A DNA stretch of 60,067 nucleotides, counting the filler, from Perkinsus olseni (taxonomy: Eukaryota), in assembly GCA_013115125.1 (NCBI GenBank). It is 4 parts of 4 records of this genome, joined end to end, with 100 filler letters (N's around TTAATTAATTAA, not from the genome) between each part and the next. Parts side by side here need not be neighbours in the genome. Positions count along the whole stretch, not along the records: positions 15,085 to 30,053 come from JABANN010000713.1; positions 30,154 to 45,070 come from JABANN010000714.1; positions 45,171 to 60,067 come from JABANN010000715.1; 1 more part is not named here. The stretch is one strand, 5' to 3'. Below are positions 21,657 through 45,871 of this stretch, in pieces (position 1 is the stretch's first letter; the number at the start of each line of letters is the position of its first letter). Under the pieces are notes generated by a model, which saw only the letters and a program-made list of their open reading frames with translations, had not been told where the DNA came from and ran no database searches. The position numbers and the translations under genes were made by a program.

Positions 21657-24600
21657 AGCGAATCAGAGGAGGTCAGATTTCACTCTATGACGGAAGCCAT
21701 TTTTGAAGTGTGCTGTTCTCGTCACGTTTTCAATCGATCAGTCGTGCGACCAGGAGTTCTCGGGGGTCTGCCGCGACAAGGAGAGGATCAAGGAGAAGGT
21801 CCAGCCTGGCCTCTGCCACCAATAGCGAAGGCAAGTTCTCTACCGTCACGCGCCACGAAATTATGGACTCAGGCACTGATCTGGTGGATGTGGCCAGAGT
21901 GTTCTCTAGCGACGACGAGGAGCTCTCGGAGATGAGCGAATCGCCGATCACTTCTAGGTGGGCGAGCGCGCCGTACTTTGGTTGGAATCCTCATGTGACA
22001 GATACGAACGAGGGCGTAGAAGGACGAGCATGGAAGATTTTCCGAAGGCATCACCCTCGTCCGCTGAAGGATCGTCGGTGGCTCGCCGGCGAAGATCAAG
22101 TAAGCTATTGATAGTGTAATTGTAGCATAAAATGAGAATGGTGGTGGTACTGAGTGGAAGCTGGCATTGGAGATATGTGTGAACTGGTGCGAGCTCACGA
22201 TTCTAAATGAGGAGAAATTTTAATAGAAAAGATCGTGGGAAAATTCGGGTGATTGAGGAAGTACGTGAAAAATTGTGAATGTGGAGATTCTGATTTTTTG
22301 CAGTATTTTACCGCTAGGAAAAAACGATAGGCGGTGAAAATACAAACTGGCGATCCGCTCTACAGCTTGGCGGGATTGACTTCGTTGGACTCGGAAAGGA
22401 AGCTTCTCTGGTTTGGTATACCCCTGAGGGAAGCTTCTCGACCATCTGTCTGATTGCACTGCATGTCAACGCTACAAGAAGTCCCCTACTGAGCACATCG
22501 GCTTCGAGTCTAACTAAGCCAGAACCGTAAGCGTTGGACTATAAACTCACACGCACTCGTTGGACTCGTTCTTTCATGTCCCCCATTATGAGTGAATCCT
22601 GGGGGCTGCCATTTTTCTTCATAGACTTCATTTTAATACCTACTTATTGCATGCATAGGAACTAGGAGTATTACTATGTGGTAATGAGCACTGCTTTTTT
22701 ATGGGAGGTTAACAACTGCGTTTTTACTGCTGCATTTAATAGAAGGAGATAATGATAAGAATTTGAATGGGTGGGGCGAATGGCAAGATCCACCTTTCAG
22801 GTCGTCCTCCTAGTCGGTCAAGTGCACTGTCATCAGCGTCAGTGGACAAGGTAGTCGAGCCGCGATTTCGCGCGCCACGAAATTATCTGGGCTGCTCACA
22901 TCTTGTTGCATGACGTCGCCGTCGTTGGAAGAGTCGGTCTCGATTTTCCCCCGCTGGACTAATCGTCTTTTCGACATTCATAAGTTCGTGAATTCACAAA
23001 TCGCCCACTTCTCTGGTTACGTTGGTGACGGGTTGCCTCAGACTCTCTTCGCTTCACCTGAGGATGATGGTGCGAAGTCGCGGCGCGTGACGATATCTCC
23101 TCTGAGCTATCTGAGGCCTCTCAAGGAAGCACAGACGAGGCGAAGATTCTCTAAGGTAAGCTCATGGTATCCTGAGGTTCACTATGGGCGTAGAAAGTTA
23201 GCCTGTTGCGTGAGGAACACGGATGAGCATAAGATATCAGGTTAATACCGTGCTGGGGATCTTTCTACTGGTAGCAGCTATGGCAGCTTACTGGTGAGTC
23301 AAGGTGTATCTTCCAGTGTTGCTTGATCAATCTCGAAGCTCATAGGTATCTTCCGGGACCGCGGCTGCGTTATTGTGATGGTCTCTCTTCTTCGGCTGTG
23401 GACTGTGAGCCCTGTCCAGCTCACGCGGTCTGCCAAGGGTATACGATGAAGTGCAACCCCCTGTTCAAACGAGATGGCGACGTTTGTATCCGAGACGAGC
23501 ATTTGTAAGACCTTCGTCATCCGGCGCAGTAGTACTGGATAGGAGGTGGATACTCTGAGGCTTGGCGCGATCTCAGCGTGACGCTGGCAGCGTCTGCCTT
23601 TCTTCAGTGTTGGGATTAGATAGCCGCCACCCTCCTTACAGTAGTTGCGTCAATTCATTATTATAATATGATAGTTCGACGACCGCCGTTCTCGCCTCGC
23701 CATGACGTGGGATAGTGGCCTCAATCTGCATTTCGCACCTCTTCCGTATCACGGCACTTGCTGTCTATTATATAGATATCCTAAGACATCTTCTCGTCGT
23801 TCTTACTTTGTTCTTCCCGAGGTACATGGTGTCTCATCACATGGCGGCGTCATTGGCGGATCATCTAGCTGATCGGAGAGGCGACCATGAATGCTACAAG
23901 ACGCGGTATCAGCTGGATGCGGCTGAAGCCAAGAGGTGATAGCAGTAGTGGTAGTAATGGTACTAGTAGGAAACCTCTCGAGAGAATTCTAGTGAGCTTA
24001 GAAAAATTGTCGTGAAAATTCTCACGAGGCTGTGCTGACAGCTCTGAAATTTGTTAAGTCTTTCTGTCACGGCGGATTTTGTCTCCCCTTTGTCGTCCGT
24101 TGCCTGCAGATATGCTTCACTAGTAGGTTTGGCTCACGCGCTGAGAGCCGCCGGGAAAAGTTGTGGCTGAGCGTGTCTTTGGACCTCTCAGACATCCTGT
24201 TGTCCTTCCTGCTCAGATATCTTCGAGAGAGATGTTGGGAAGCTCGAAGGCTCGGCAAAGCCGACTTCGAAACAGCATTCAACCTCATGTGTAATACCAA
24301 AGCGTGGGGAATATAATCCAGAGTTGGTCTATGTCGCTCCGCTGTCGTCCGCATTTTTTGGGAGTTCGGCGGAGAAGTACTGTGGCAAACTAATGACTCA
24401 CTGACTGTCGGTGGTAGACGAACAATAGCATCGACTGCTTCGTGAAATACTCGGGAGTAGTTTCTAGCGACCAACATCGGTACCGGAAACTTGGTTCTAG
24501 ACATATCGTTTAAGTGTCCGCATTTGTTGGGCATGTTACGTTGGTCAGTATCGGAGTCCCTTCCCAACGAGTATGGCAGCCAAGTGGTGTATACCACAGG

Positions 24601-25123
24601 AGGCACCTTGTGGTCGTTGAAGTCGTCAAAGCGGCTTTCGTGTAGAATCACGGAGGCTGTAGAGATGTGGTGGAAAGCTGTCTTCCTGGTGGGCGTGCTG
24701 ATACTCTTCACAGCTTGGCGCTTCAAGAGGTAGGAGCATGAACATGTTCGGGTCGTATCTTGGGGTCCTGTGAAGTACTAGCTTCAACCTTGGATGCGCC
24801 ATTGCTCAAGGCACAGCATTGCGTTGAAGGAGTGGTGCAATTTCAGATGGTCGGACCGAAGATGGGCTCGTAGATCGGCCCTACAGGCCGTCACAGCCTG
24901 CACTCGTCTTGGCTCCGATGGAAGTATTAGAGGGGTGAGAGTCCACGACTTGGCCACTGAGGTCCTCGGCTGGCCGGAGAAGAGAGTCCGAGAGTACATG
25001 GACCAACTTTCGAAGGAAGAAGCCGATGTACAGTCGTCTGGGGATGGCGAGTACTGGTCGGATGCTGCAGTGAAAAAGCTGATTCCGAATCAGCAGGAGG
25101 GCCAGAGGTATCGCATGTTCTGA
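20578..25123 (+). CDS. HeH/LEM plus MSC-domain inner nuclear membrane protein (Src1/Heh1/MAN1-like), multi-exon
   Basis: N-terminus MSTYASMTIAELRSLLTRNGVKVPQSSVKKAVLVN|MCLKELG (HeH). Then a Ser/Arg-rich linker; TM1 VNTVLGIFLLVAAMAAYW; lumenal YCDG...DCEPCPAHAVCQGYTMKCNPLFKRDGDVCIRD; TM2 MWWKAVFLVGVLILFTAWRFKR; and a C-terminal winged-helix-like RVHDLATEVLGWPEKRVREYMDQL...GEYW. Confidence 0.75.
22394..22556 (+). mobile_element. Short retroposon family, copy D (longest), with perfect 12-bp TSD, in an intron of the Src1-like gene
   Basis: TCGTTGGACTCG at both 22382-22393 and 22557-22568. The element ends ggactataaactcacacgcac. Confidence 0.85.
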
Positions 25124-25534
25124 ATTTATTGTCTGAGTAGTGCAGGATTCACGGAAAAGATGGTATGCAACTTGATTTCTAACGTAGCTTCTGGGGGGAC
25201 TGAGTGGTTGAGTTTATCAATGTCTTGGCGTTTGTTATCAGAGAGAGAATGTTTAGGGACTACACTCGCTATGCTACTCGGAAGGGCTACGCGAACCCTA
25301 CCTTGGACGCCTTCGCTGTGAGCAGCTCCAACCACACGTTTGGCGTCATTTGGGTTGTCCCAATCGCCACTCTCGTGGCGGTGGCCCGCACAGGCCAGGA
25401 CCCCGCTCAAAGGCTCAGTGATGGTTTCCGCGTCATCAAACAACCGCCCGAAGATCGCATTTCCAATCGATTTTCCATAACGTGAATTCGTTCTGTCGCA
25501 TTTCCTTGCCCTCAAGTTAGCCATCTACCGCCCG

Positions 25535-26249
25535 ATGATTCCTAAGAGCCCTGCTCGCCCCCTCTGCCTGGCCTTGATGTTGATGCCGACGGCCCTCGTC
25601 TGCTTGACGACCCACAAGGGAGGAGGGCATCTCACTCCTGACGTTTCCAAACTTGAATATCGCTTGGCCGAACCATCCGATGTTCTGTTGGAAAATAAGA
25701 TACAGCCGGATGCTGGAGTCTTCGTGGCAGTGGACACCAGGCAGAATGTACGGAGCTGGTCGTATGCGTCTACCGGAGTGGCTCCTTCAGGTTGTGGTGG
25801 GCTCTGTTGAGTTCGGCCTCGTCAACCAAACAGATGACAGTCCAGCCACGGTGTATATACCCCGAGTAATTGTGAGGGAGGATTGGAGGCGACGCGGAGT
25901 CGCTCCGGGAATGTTGAAGGGACTGACGAAATACGTGAGTGTTTTCTCGTCTCCCCTCTCGACACGGACTCGCCGATGATCAGATTCACCGTGTGGCACC
26001 GCAAGTGGCTTTCGCGTGGATGCGAGTAGATACCACCAACGAGGCTGCAATCAAAGCGTATACGAAGGCTGGCTTCGAAAGCTATGGTGAGTTCAGTGAC
26101 GGTTGAATCCGTCAGAAGCTCCTGTTTCAGAGTCGCCTGATTGGGGATGGCTCAATTTCTTCTACGACTTCCGTGAGAACCTCGAGAATGATCCTGCTGT
26201 TGTTCGCGATGAATCTTTGCCGGTTATTCCTGAACCTTATTTCGGCTGA
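25535..26249 (+). CDS. GNAT-family N-acetyltransferase with predicted signal peptide, 4 exons
   Basis: MIPKSPARPLCLALMLMPTALVCL...GVFVAVDTRQN|VVVGSVEFG...VYIPRVIVREDWRRRGVAPGMLKGLTKY|IHRVAPQVAFAWMRVDTTNEAAIKAYTKAGFESY|ESPDWGW...PYFG*. Motif A (RRRGVA) and motif B (N.AI..Y.K.GF) are present. Confidence 0.85.
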
Positions 26250-27647
26250 TAGCCCATGTTTTGGGCAATGTACGGTATACGTATGTAGATGAGATGTGTT
26301 ACATGATGTGTGCTGTTCAGAAGACTCCCCCACACTGCAGGCTGCTTTCGTTTTATCAACTCAGTGACTCGTACTTCTGTTAAGAGACTGGCTGATTGAG
26401 AACACAACACCCGGGTTTCGCCATCTGGAAGCCGATCGTCCATCTGCTGTCTTCTTGTCATCCGCCGCTTAGCTAAGCTTCAGCGTACAGTAGCTTCTTG
26501 TCTGAGCAAGATAGGATCAGCGATATAAAGATTGTACTTCCATCTCTTGTGAGAATCAGCCGGGGAACCGCAGGGCTATCGATTGGTGATTCTATTGCGC
26601 CCGATGTGACAGCCTCGCGGCAGCCAGAGAGGGCGCCTTTGACCACCTCAAGCCTCAAAGATCTCCTTGCCGGATCTTGACGCGGATATGCTCACTTCAG
26701 GCGATCTCGAATCGAGATCGCCCAGAGTGAACCGAATCGAGATTCTCGATCTACAAGCATGGTTAGCCAAGTAATCGCGTGGCAACCGCTTGGGAGATAA
26801 TGTGGACAGGGAGCATCTTTCTCGGAAAAGACTTGTGTTAGCATTTGGGAACCCGAGACACTGTCTTTGGTGACTTATTCTATTTTCACTGCTAGTGAAG
26901 TTCCGGACATGACGAATCAGGATTCACCAGTTCAGCTTCTCTGTAGCAACTGCGCTGTGGCTACGTTGCTATATGGAATAGCTATCGGCAAATTTGTACT
27001 CGGCGGTCTGAGATAGAGGAGTCGCGCGTTGAGGCTAGACCGTCGTTAAACGTTATGAAACTGGATAGGATGAAGCTCGCTAAGCTTCATGGTGAAGCTC
27101 GGCTGTTGAAGAGTATCGAAGCTTACTCTGCTTTACTCTGCTGGGGACTTGCTTCATCTTGCTAACTCTCTGTTTTCTTAGTGTGTGACATAGCTACGGA
27201 CAGTTAGTTTCTACCATATTAGTGGTATACACGGTGTATAATACACCCTTCTGAAGAAGGTTTCTTCTGTAGTCCACCGTATCTTGCGTTTCTACGAGTA
27301 CGTCTCAGCCACCGAGTTCAACAACATGGCGTGACCTTGCGCATGCGTGCAAGTCCGTGCAAGGCGCCGTGGAGAGTTTGCGACTGTCGCTTCTCCGTTG
27401 TTGCTCATAGTCAACGCCCCGCGAGAAGGATTGTGAAGCTTATCTACCTAGTTTTATTGGGGGGGGGCTGGAGTATTACCTATGCACGCATGCACAAGAC
27501 GATCGGCGGCGCATAATAAGTAACAGCGATAAAGGATTCCTGTTTTGTGAATCTCCCCTTGTGATGGTCCGAGAGATGGGACGGGGTAGCACTTGTGATT
27601 GACTTTTCCTCTCAGTGTATTGAGGATGTGGTAAGTAGCCCTACACT

Positions 27648-29270
27648 ATGAGTGGCGACACTAAGCGCGTGCTGAGTTCAGCAAGCATCAAGAAGGAATA
27701 TTCATGGAAGGACCTGTATGGCAATGAATGCTTCTACTACAAGGACCCTATGAAGGGAGCGGTTCCTTTTATCCTATTACAAGAGCTGTGTGAACGCCTG
27801 GCGTGCTACGGTCTCACTCCGAACCTCCAGACGTTCCTCAAGGAGTATCTGGGTTACACCGACACTTTGGCGAACTCGTACGTATTATCATTCAACTCGA
27901 TCCTGTACGTGACCCCTCTGCTCTCGGCGGTTATCTCGGATACTCTCCTCGGCCTCTACTATACAATAGTAATCTTCTCATTCGTCTACATGGCGGGCTT
28001 GGCCCTACTTACGGTATCCTCGGTGAAATCGATCAGCCAACCATGGATGATCCACCTTTCTCTACTCGTGCTGATCGCCTTCGGTGCTGGTGGGATCAAG
28101 AGCTGTGTTAATGTAATGGGAGCCCAGCAGTTCCATCCTGAGCATCACAGGGACCTCATAACACGCTTTTACACCTACTTCTACGCAGCCATCAATCTCG
28201 GAGCGATTGCCCGTGGGATCGTCACTCCGATCCTGCTTGAAGAAGCTGGATTCACGGCAAGCTTCACCTTTCCGCTGGCGTTATTCATCCTAGCAACGGT
28301 CGTTTTCATAACTGGAGACGTCATGGATCGATACGTCAAGCCCAAACCCCAGGGGTCAGCTGTGCTGCAGATTCTTAAAGTGGTGGTGTACTCTGTCTTC
28401 AAGTGCTCCTTAGAGAAGAATAAAGTTTCCCGCGGTGGGAAATTCGAGGACAACTTCATTGAAGACGCCAAAGCTGTATTCACACTCCTACCGATGTTCG
28501 TCTTGATCATACCATTCTGTATGGCCTACAACAACATGACGACCGCTTTCCTCACTCAAGCCAAGAAAATGGATCGTGCTACGTTCGGCTGGAACATGCC
28601 CCCCGCGATGATCCAAAACGTAGATCCTATTGCGGTGGTCATCAGCTCCTTCGTGGTGGACTCCTTCCTCTTCCCGTATCTACGGAAGCATGATTGGATG
28701 CCCGAGCCATTGGTCAGGTTCTGCATAGGTTCGCTCTTCGGAGCGGTGGCTTTGGCTTGTGCCTTGGTCGTTGAATACCAGATAAAATCACAGCCCCTAT
28801 TCACTATATCGGTTTGGTATCAAGTTCCACAGTTCTGGATGATCGCCCTCGGTGAGATCTTCCTAATGTCGACCTCTTACGAAGTGGCCTTTACGTATTC
28901 ACCGGTCTCTCTGAAGGCTGTAGCCTCGGCATTCAACCTGTGCTTCTTCGCTATTGCTAGTGCACTATCTGCCGTACTGTTCTCCCTCTGCCAGCCGTGG
29001 TTGCCGGACTTCGATCCTGCCCTTCCCATTGAGGAGTCTTATAAGGATGCTCATTATGATTACTACTACTACCTCCTCATCGGGCTTTGCCTGCTGGGCT
29101 CGATCGGGGCTATACTCAGTGTCCCCTATTTCAACAAGGTTAAGAAGAAGAGCACTTTACGTCGAGCGGGAGTGAAAAGTCATGGTGGAAAGAGACCCCC
29201 ATCATCAAGTTTCGCGGAATCTCTCGCCGAAGGAGCCATCCGCAGGAGATCGGTGGCATCGATGGCTTGA
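27648..29270 (+). CDS. POT/PTR family proton-dependent oligopeptide transporter, intronless
   Basis: 540-aa ORF with ExxER motif (QELCERLACYG), GAGGIKSCV...GAQQF, FYTYFYAAINLGA, YQVPQF...GEIF...SYEVAFTYSP, and about 12 TM segments. Confidence 0.95.
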   Translation: MSGDTKRVLSSASIKKEYSWKDLYGNECFYYKDPMKGAVPFILLQELCERLACYGLTPNLQTFLKEYLGYTDTLANSYVLSFNSILYVTPLLSAVISDTLLGLYYTIVIFSFVYMAGLALLTVSSVKSISQPWMIHLSLLVLIAFGAGGIKSCVNVMGAQQFHPEHHRDLITRFYTYFYAAINLGAIARGIVTPILLEEAGFTASFTFPLALFILATVVFITGDVMDRYVKPKPQGSAVLQILKVVVYSVFKCSLEKNKVSRGGKFEDNFIEDAKAVFTLLPMFVLIIPFCMAYNNMTTAFLTQAKKMDRATFGWNMPPAMIQNVDPIAVVISSFVVDSFLFPYLRKHDWMPEPLVRFCIGSLFGAVALACALVVEYQIKSQPLFTISVWYQVPQFWMIALGEIFLMSTSYEVAFTYSPVSLKAVASAFNLCFFAIASALSAVLFSLCQPWLPDFDPALPIEESYKDAHYDYYYYLLIGLCLLGSIGAILSVPYFNKVKKKSTLRRAGVKSHGGKRPPSSSFAESLAEGAIRRRSVASMA

Positions 29271-30053
29271 CTGAATATTTACCACGTTGTTCAGACTCCG
29301 AATTGGGTAATTGCTGATGGTATAAGTCTCCTGCTCTGCAAGTTGAGCGAATCCGATGTTTGTTTTGCAAATCACGGAAGGGTGTTGTGTGCCAGTACTG
29401 AGTGAGTACTGAGTCTGGATTGAGAGTCAGCTCTACCGACTCTTAAATCGGACCGTCCATAAGGCGCAGAAAGCCTTGAGGTATACGCCTGAGTGTATGA
29501 ACGGTACAGCTCCCTACGCAGCAGCAGTGTACGTTGTTTATTGCAACACAACCCTTCTCGCGGTGCTGGCTCGAATGTCATCAATGCCCTTACGCTAAGG
29601 AGGAATTTAACAGGTGGATGTCTTGAGCCTGGATAAGCCAATACCACTACCGCGGGACAGAAGTGGTCCACTTCTGATCTTTTCTGCTCTGCAGCACGGC
29701 CTAGGCCTCTCGCTACCCCAGACGATCGGTATTGGGCTCATCAGCTCTAGGAGAGCTGCTAAGGTCTGACGTCGTCTCGGGACTTGACGAAACTTCCGCA
29801 GCATGCTCAGAGCCAACAAGTGGAGTACGCGAGTATCTGAAGCGCTAAACGAAGCGTGGAGTGCTGCAAATTAAGCTGTGAAACTTTCAACGTGAAAGCG
29901 CGCCAGCCTCTAACCAGGACTATCCTGTCAGTACAAGCGCGAATAATCATCATGCACCATAGCCAAATCCAAACCTCTCCGTGTTGTGACTCGTGCGAGT
30001 GTCCCGTACTAGCGCAACGCCAACGTGTCGCCAGTCAATGATATCAGTATGCA

Positions 30054-30153
30054 NNNNNNNNNNNNNNNNNNNNNNNNNNNNNNNNNNNNNNNNNNNNTTA
30101 ATTAATTAANNNNNNNNNNNNNNNNNNNNNNNNNNNNNNNNNNNNNNNNNNNN
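30054..30153. other. Artificial contig linker
   Basis: N-run, TTAATTAATTAA, N-run; 100 bp. Confidence 0.97.
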
Positions 30154-30263
30154 CTCATCAGCGTCGTAACGCGGACGACTTTTGACCGGAACATTGCTTC
30201 GAGCGAAGATCGGGCGGAATTCTTCTGAGGCTTTAGCGGAGCGAAGCTTCTCAGTTTCCACTC
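30154..30263 (-). repeat. Contig-terminal repeat, inverted copy of 44961-45070
   Basis: Its reverse complement is nearly identical to gagtggaaactgagaagcttcgctccgct...cgcgttacgacgctgatgag. Confidence 0.9.
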
Positions 30264-31446
30264 TGTTATGAGTTAGATCTACCCCGACTCTCCGGTCAGC
30301 ATTTGGATGACAACAAGACTGAACCATTCGACAAAGTGCAGCCAAAAGCGCTTAGTTTGACAGAATTGGTCGAGGAGTTAGCAATGCCCCCCTTGCCGGT
30401 GGAGTGGTAAGCCTCTCGACCGATGTGGAGGTTCAGCATGACTGGCCGAGAGCGCTCCTTTGCTACGTTAGTCCCCCAGAGAGGGTGTGATGGGGATGGA
30501 AATTATAGAGCTGCCTCCGTTATTCTGACGTTTGCCAAGTGGTGCGTAGAAAACTTATTATAGCAGTTTCTTTGGGATTCTCATGGGCTCGTGAGTGTTC
30601 CGCTGTCCTCCCTTGTGCGGCAGCGACCCCTTTTGGGGTCGGTCGAGATCGCGCCCTCAGTCTAGACGTTCTAACTTTCGTTAGCAAGCTGACTCCAATG
30701 AGAAGGCGGTGGACTGCCACAGCGAGATGCTTGGCTGAAATGTACCCGAAAGATGAGTTTCCCAGGTACGCCTCGATGGTAATTCGTTGTACTCGTGATA
30801 TGTTAAGGGCTAGTGTAGTGCGATTAGTAACGCAACTAACCTAGGGAAAGACGCGATAATCACCGCTCCATTCAACACTCAGCATGTTTCCGCGAAGCCA
30901 TAACGCGAGACGAGGAAAGGTTAGGAATTCCCGAATTCTGATCTCTTCGGTCGATGGTAACGAGTTCCTCGCATGATCGAGGATCCAAATGTTTCCTCAG
31001 TTCGAATATCTCACAGATAGCTTAAAGCGTCAAGCTTCGAATTCATCAACGCATAGGCTGTGAGTTCAATTCTACCCCTAAAATTCTGAGGTAGTATTGA
31101 ACCCAAGGCTTGAATGCCGTATTACGGTCCCACGTGGACCACTGAGCGATCATCGCGCTCAACCAGCTCAATTCCACTCTTCCGAGAAGGCACTAATTCC
31201 GTGAACACAACCCCGATACTTCACGACAGGAAGCTCAACCTGACTGATCACCAACTCAGCAAGTACCGTCATTAACGACTACCCACAACGCAAGCCCAGG
31301 AACCAGTCTGAGACACTCGATAACAAGCGGTCGGCCGAGAGAAGCAGGACGGAAGGGAAGGCGAACGACAGCGCTTCGCCTCGGGGACGACGCCGCCAGG
31401 CGAAGCGCTCTGCGACCGGTCAACAGAGATGCCGTTGGGAGCTCGG

Positions 31447-44239
<12,793 letters not shown>

Positions 44240-44568
44240 TGTGGTGGTGGTGGTGGTGGTCGTCCGAGGAAAGAAGGGCGGGAAGAAGAGAGGCAAACAC
44301 AGAGTGCTGTGGGAGACAGCTGCCACAATACTCCCCATTGGGGCGTGCCCAACAGTACCGGACGACCCTTGGCGGGATGAACTGAGCTTAGAAACTCAAC
44401 TCACTTTGGCTGCTGTTTATGAGAAAAATGCGAGAAATGTAACGAAGAATGAAAGGAAAAAATGAAGAACATGCCTGTTGAACAGAGTGACGCATCAGAC
44501 AGGTGCAACCAGGAAATGATACTCGGCAGCGTATTGCTCAGAAGCTCCGCGGCAACTGTACAAGATTC

Positions 44569-44827
44569 TAGAGGTGGGCGATAGTACGGGTACGGTCTAG
44601 TACGGTACGGGTACGAGTACGGCTCCGTACTAACCGCACTACCCGTCGCAGCGGTTCCCAAGTACCGTAGTAGTACGCCGTACTCGAAGTACGGCGTAAT
44701 TTAGTACACGTATGCGTTGTTTGATATATTTAATACGTACTAGGTCTCCGTACCCGTACTAGGTTGACAGTGTGAAACGTACTGCGTACCGTACTTTCCT
44801 CGACCCCAGTACGGTTGCCCAACTCTA
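44569..44827 (-). mobile_element. hAT-type MITE, copy 2, about 330 bp upstream of the PKG ATG
   Basis: TIRs TAGAGGTGGGCGA / TTGCCCAACTCTA; perfect 8-bp TSD CAAGATTC (44561-44568 and 44828-44835). Confidence 0.92.
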
Positions 44828-44960
44828 CAAGATTCCGCTTCCTTCGATTGTCCCTGTTATCCCCGTGTTGAGCTGGATTCAGCGCAGACATTAGTATGTT
44901 CTCGCTCGTGGCTAGGATGCAGGAAGAGCATTCGAAAAGAGAATGGACACGAGGGAGGAT

Positions 44961-45070
44961 GAGTGGAAACTGAGAAGCTTCGCTCCGCTGAAGCCTGAGA
45001 AGAATTCCGCCCGATCTTCGCTCGAAGCAATGTTCCGGTCAAAAGTCGTCCGCGTTACGACGCTGATGAG
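44961..45070 (+). repeat. Contig-terminal repeat, inverted copy of 30154-30263
   Basis: About 110 bp nearly identical in reverse complement; both copies break at the same base. Confidence 0.9.
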
Positions 45071-45170
45071 NNNNNNNNNNNNNNNNNNNNNNNNNNNNNN
45101 NNNNNNNNNNNNNNTTAATTAATTAANNNNNNNNNNNNNNNNNNNNNNNNNNNNNNNNNNNNNNNNNNNN
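45071..45170. other. Artificial contig linker
   Basis: N-run, TTAATTAATTAA, N-run; 100 bp. Confidence 0.97.
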
Positions 45171-45787
45171 TGTGCATGGGACAGCAGCTTCAGGGACATC
45201 GACGGCGGGTGAATGTGCGATCGTGTGCAACGATGCTTTAAGATGACAAGATAATCACTCTGACAAGAACGAACAAGATTGGGACAGATTATGCATGACG
45301 CTCCATAATATCGCATTCCCGAGACGCTCCACTGCCAGGGGACACTGGGTGGAGAAGCCGACACAAGCTAAGCGAGTAATGACTACGTCGGGAAGGCGCT
45401 CGCTCCGAGCGTCTGAGGCGCACCCTCAAAAGTGGGTAAAGGCCTTATGCGTCGCATAACGTACCGACTGCAAGCTGTGTGAAGCTGCGGCGGATCTCTC
45501 GCGCGCGTGCGGGACCGGACACAGGCGGGCGAGATGGTGTTGAGCAGCAGCCGTAACACAACAGAGACCTTGCCTCTCGAAGAAAGATAGTGAAGTAGGT
45601 ATAGCTATGATGATGGAGGTGGCAGTGGTGATGGTTGTGCAATGTGTATCAGACAACTGCGCAATGCAGTAATAATAACAACAACAGCCACAGCGACAGC
45701 AGCATCCAAGGAACGGGTAGCCTCAGCGACGGGCGCCAGTACAAGCGGTGTCACCGAGAGTGCTACGTGTGAAGTGTAGTAAGACGT

Positions 45788-45839
45788 TTATCGAACACGC
45801 ATGTCCGTTGCTCTCTTCGGGATGAGAGCCTCGATATCC

Positions 45840-45871
<32 letters not shown>

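Noticed and set aside
27400-27650. Relict spliced-leader sequence upstream of the intronless POT gene, or an SL RNA gene elsewhere
   Set aside because: A scan by eye for the Perkinsus/dinoflagellate SL (CCGTAGCCAT...GGCTCAAG) found no convincing match on either strand.
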